From Candidatus Chromulinivoraceae bacterium (lineage in GTDB: Bacteria > Patescibacteriota > Saccharimonadia > Saccharimonadales > Saccharimonadaceae), in NCBI GenBank assembly GCA_035478595.1, contig DATIJL010000010.1, positions 35,733-99,732 on the forward strand: a stretch of DNA of 64,000 nt, written 5' to 3'. Positions 62,720 to 64,000 of this stretch are shown here, piece by piece. Position numbers and translations under genes: made by a program. The notes under the pieces are model-generated. The model did no database searches and was not told where the DNA came from. It saw only the letters and a program-made list of their open reading frames with translations. The first letter of the stretch is position 1; the number at the start of each line of letters is the position of its first letter.

Positions 62720-63934
62720 ATGAAACTTTCCGAAGAACTGCAGTGGCGGGGTTTTATAAACCAAACCACATATGGGGATATTACCGAGCTTGACGGGGCG
62801 CCTATCTCTTTCTATTGGGGTGTTGATCCAAGCGCGGATAGTATGACGATCGGTAACTTTGCCGCTGCCATGATGGTTCGACATTTTATTGACCATGGCC
62901 ATAAAGCATTTCTGCTTGTAGGTGGGGCGACCGGAATGATCGGTGACCCGGATGGGAAAAAAGATGAGCGTAATCTTAAGACACTCGATGAAATTGCTAA
63001 AAACAAGGCGGGCATCGCTGCTCAGTACAAAACTGCATTTGCTGGCCAAGAGTTTACGATTGTCGATAATTACGACTGGTTTAAAAACATAAACTACCTG
63101 GATTTTCTGCGTGATATCGGCAAGCATGTGCCAATGAGTCAAATGCTTGGCCGTGATTTTGTACAGTCACGCCTCGGAACGGACGGTAGTGGCATTAGTT
63201 ATGCTGAGTTTAGCTACTCACTTATTCAGGGGTATGATTTTCTGCATCTGTACCGTGAGCATGGCGTAACACTACAGGTGTGTGGTGCTGATCAGTGGGG
63301 TAACTCTGTTGCGGGTGTTGATCTTATCCGTCGTATTGAAGGCGCTGAATCACATGTATATTCAACGCCTCTTGTAATTAATAAAGCGACGGGCGTGAAG
63401 TTTGGTAAGTCTGAGGGTGGAGCAGTTTGGCTTGATCCTACAAAGACGAGTGTTTACAAGTTCTATCAGTTCTGGCTAAATGTCGATGATGAGGGCGTAG
63501 TTGATTACATAAAGATCTTTACATTACTTACAAAAGAAGAAGTCGAAGCATTGGCCACTAAGCAAAAAGAGAATCCGAGCGCCCGTGAAGCTCAAAAAAC
63601 ACTTGCCAAGGAGGTGACGATACTAGTCCATGGTAAGGGTCGGTACGAATCTGTAGAACGCGTGACTGAAGTTCTATTTGATAGTAAAGACATCAATGAA
63701 CTGAATGACATTGATCTGGAAGCACTCGCTCAAGAAATACCTGCCGTAGCTGGTAACAAATCTGTTATTGAAGTGCTGGTGGAGGCTGGGATTGCTGCAA
63801 GTAATGGCGAAGCTCGTCGCTTAATTTCGGGCGCTGCTATATCCGTTAATGGCAAGAAAATTATCGAGGATACACAACTTACCAATCTCGCGCTTGTCAA
63901 AAAAGGCAAGAACAGCTTCGTTTTGGTTCGCTAG
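62720..63934 (+). CDS. tyrS: tyrosine--tRNA ligase
   Basis: 404 aa with a class I Rossmann domain, the KFGKS (KMSKS-type) motif and a C-terminal S4 domain (ARRLISGAAISVNGKK). Confidence 0.95.
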   Translation: MKLSEELQWRGFINQTTYGDITELDGAPISFYWGVDPSADSMTIGNFAAAMMVRHFIDHGHKAFLLVGGATGMIGDPDGKKDERNLKTLDEIAKNKAGIAAQYKTAFAGQEFTIVDNYDWFKNINYLDFLRDIGKHVPMSQMLGRDFVQSRLGTDGSGISYAEFSYSLIQGYDFLHLYREHGVTLQVCGADQWGNSVAGVDLIRRIEGAESHVYSTPLVINKATGVKFGKSEGGAVWLDPTKTSVYKFYQFWLNVDDEGVVDYIKIFTLLTKEEVEALATKQKENPSAREAQKTLAKEVTILVHGKGRYESVERVTEVLFDSKDINELNDIDLEALAQEIPAVAGNKSVIEVLVEAGIAASNGEARRLISGAAISVNGKKIIEDTQLTNLALVKKGKNSFVLVR

Positions 63935-63981
63935 CAAATTTGTTATAATGAAGACTCGAATCTAACCTAAAAGGAGGGTAT

Positions 63982-64000
63982 ATGCCGTATACCGAGACTT
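63982..64000 (+). CDS. start of an unidentified gene (runs off window)
   Basis: RBS aaggaggg (63971-63978) followed by ATG 63982 (MPYTET...). Only 6 codons are visible. Confidence 0.3.

Noticed and set aside
1-64000. Alternative genetic code (UGA recoding, as in some CPR lineages)
   Set aside because: Full-length conserved genes terminate at TGA (for example cyoB at 3271-3273, in an ATGA overlap with cyoC). No conserved gene is interrupted by an in-frame TGA. The standard code fits.
1-64000. tRNA, rRNA, CRISPR arrays, transposases, integrases, restriction-modification or Cas genes
   Set aside because: Every intergenic gap over 60 nt was read and none shows tRNA-like acceptor/T-arm structure or spaced direct repeats. 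No ORF product has recombinase, transposase, methyltransferase-endonuclease or Cas hallmarks.

Overview
Gene-dense 64-kb bacterial chromosome segment with about 62 protein genes. I saw no rRNA, tRNA, CRISPR array, integrase or transposase. The standard genetic code applies, since full-length conserved genes end in TGA, TAA and TAG. Background GC is roughly 42-50% by my hand counts of 60-nt blocks. Content is mostly housekeeping. It includes a complete cytochrome bo3-type quinol oxidase operon (cyoABCDE) followed by a type-II NADH dehydrogenase. There is also a sugar-phosphate cluster (gap, rpiB, rpe-like, split transketolase, class II aldolase, PfkB kinase). Other conserved genes are gatC-gatA-[small membrane protein]-gatB, uvrB, dnaE, rel, nusA, clpC-radA-yacL, pepN, a class A PBP, tyrS, a PilB-like ATPase and several small stress proteins. 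The split transketolase, short intergenic spacers, the lone type IV pilus ATPase and the overall repertoire fit a reduced Patescibacteria/CPR genome, most plausibly Saccharibacteria. That assignment is inference, not proof. The most unusual signal is compositional. Four short GC-rich blocks (63-73% GC in hand-counted 60-nt blocks) each carry one unrecognisable ORF plus a GC-rich hairpin. They are wedged between housekeeping operons, and three are driven by near-consensus promoters that lie in AT-rich DNA. Other points worth a second look:
- a perfect CIRCE operator in front of clpC
- a membrane-tethered protein with an RNxxxH (HEPN-like) motif inside the gatCAB operon
- a translationally coupled unknown/SLOG-like gene pair
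- a tandem alpha/beta-hydrolase-like pair with one decayed copy next to a cysteine-free PilB
- a membrane HExxH protein inserted between clpC and radA
- an unannotated 24-codon hydrophobic peptide gene with its own promoter and terminator
All family calls rest on motifs I can read in the translations. No database search was possible.
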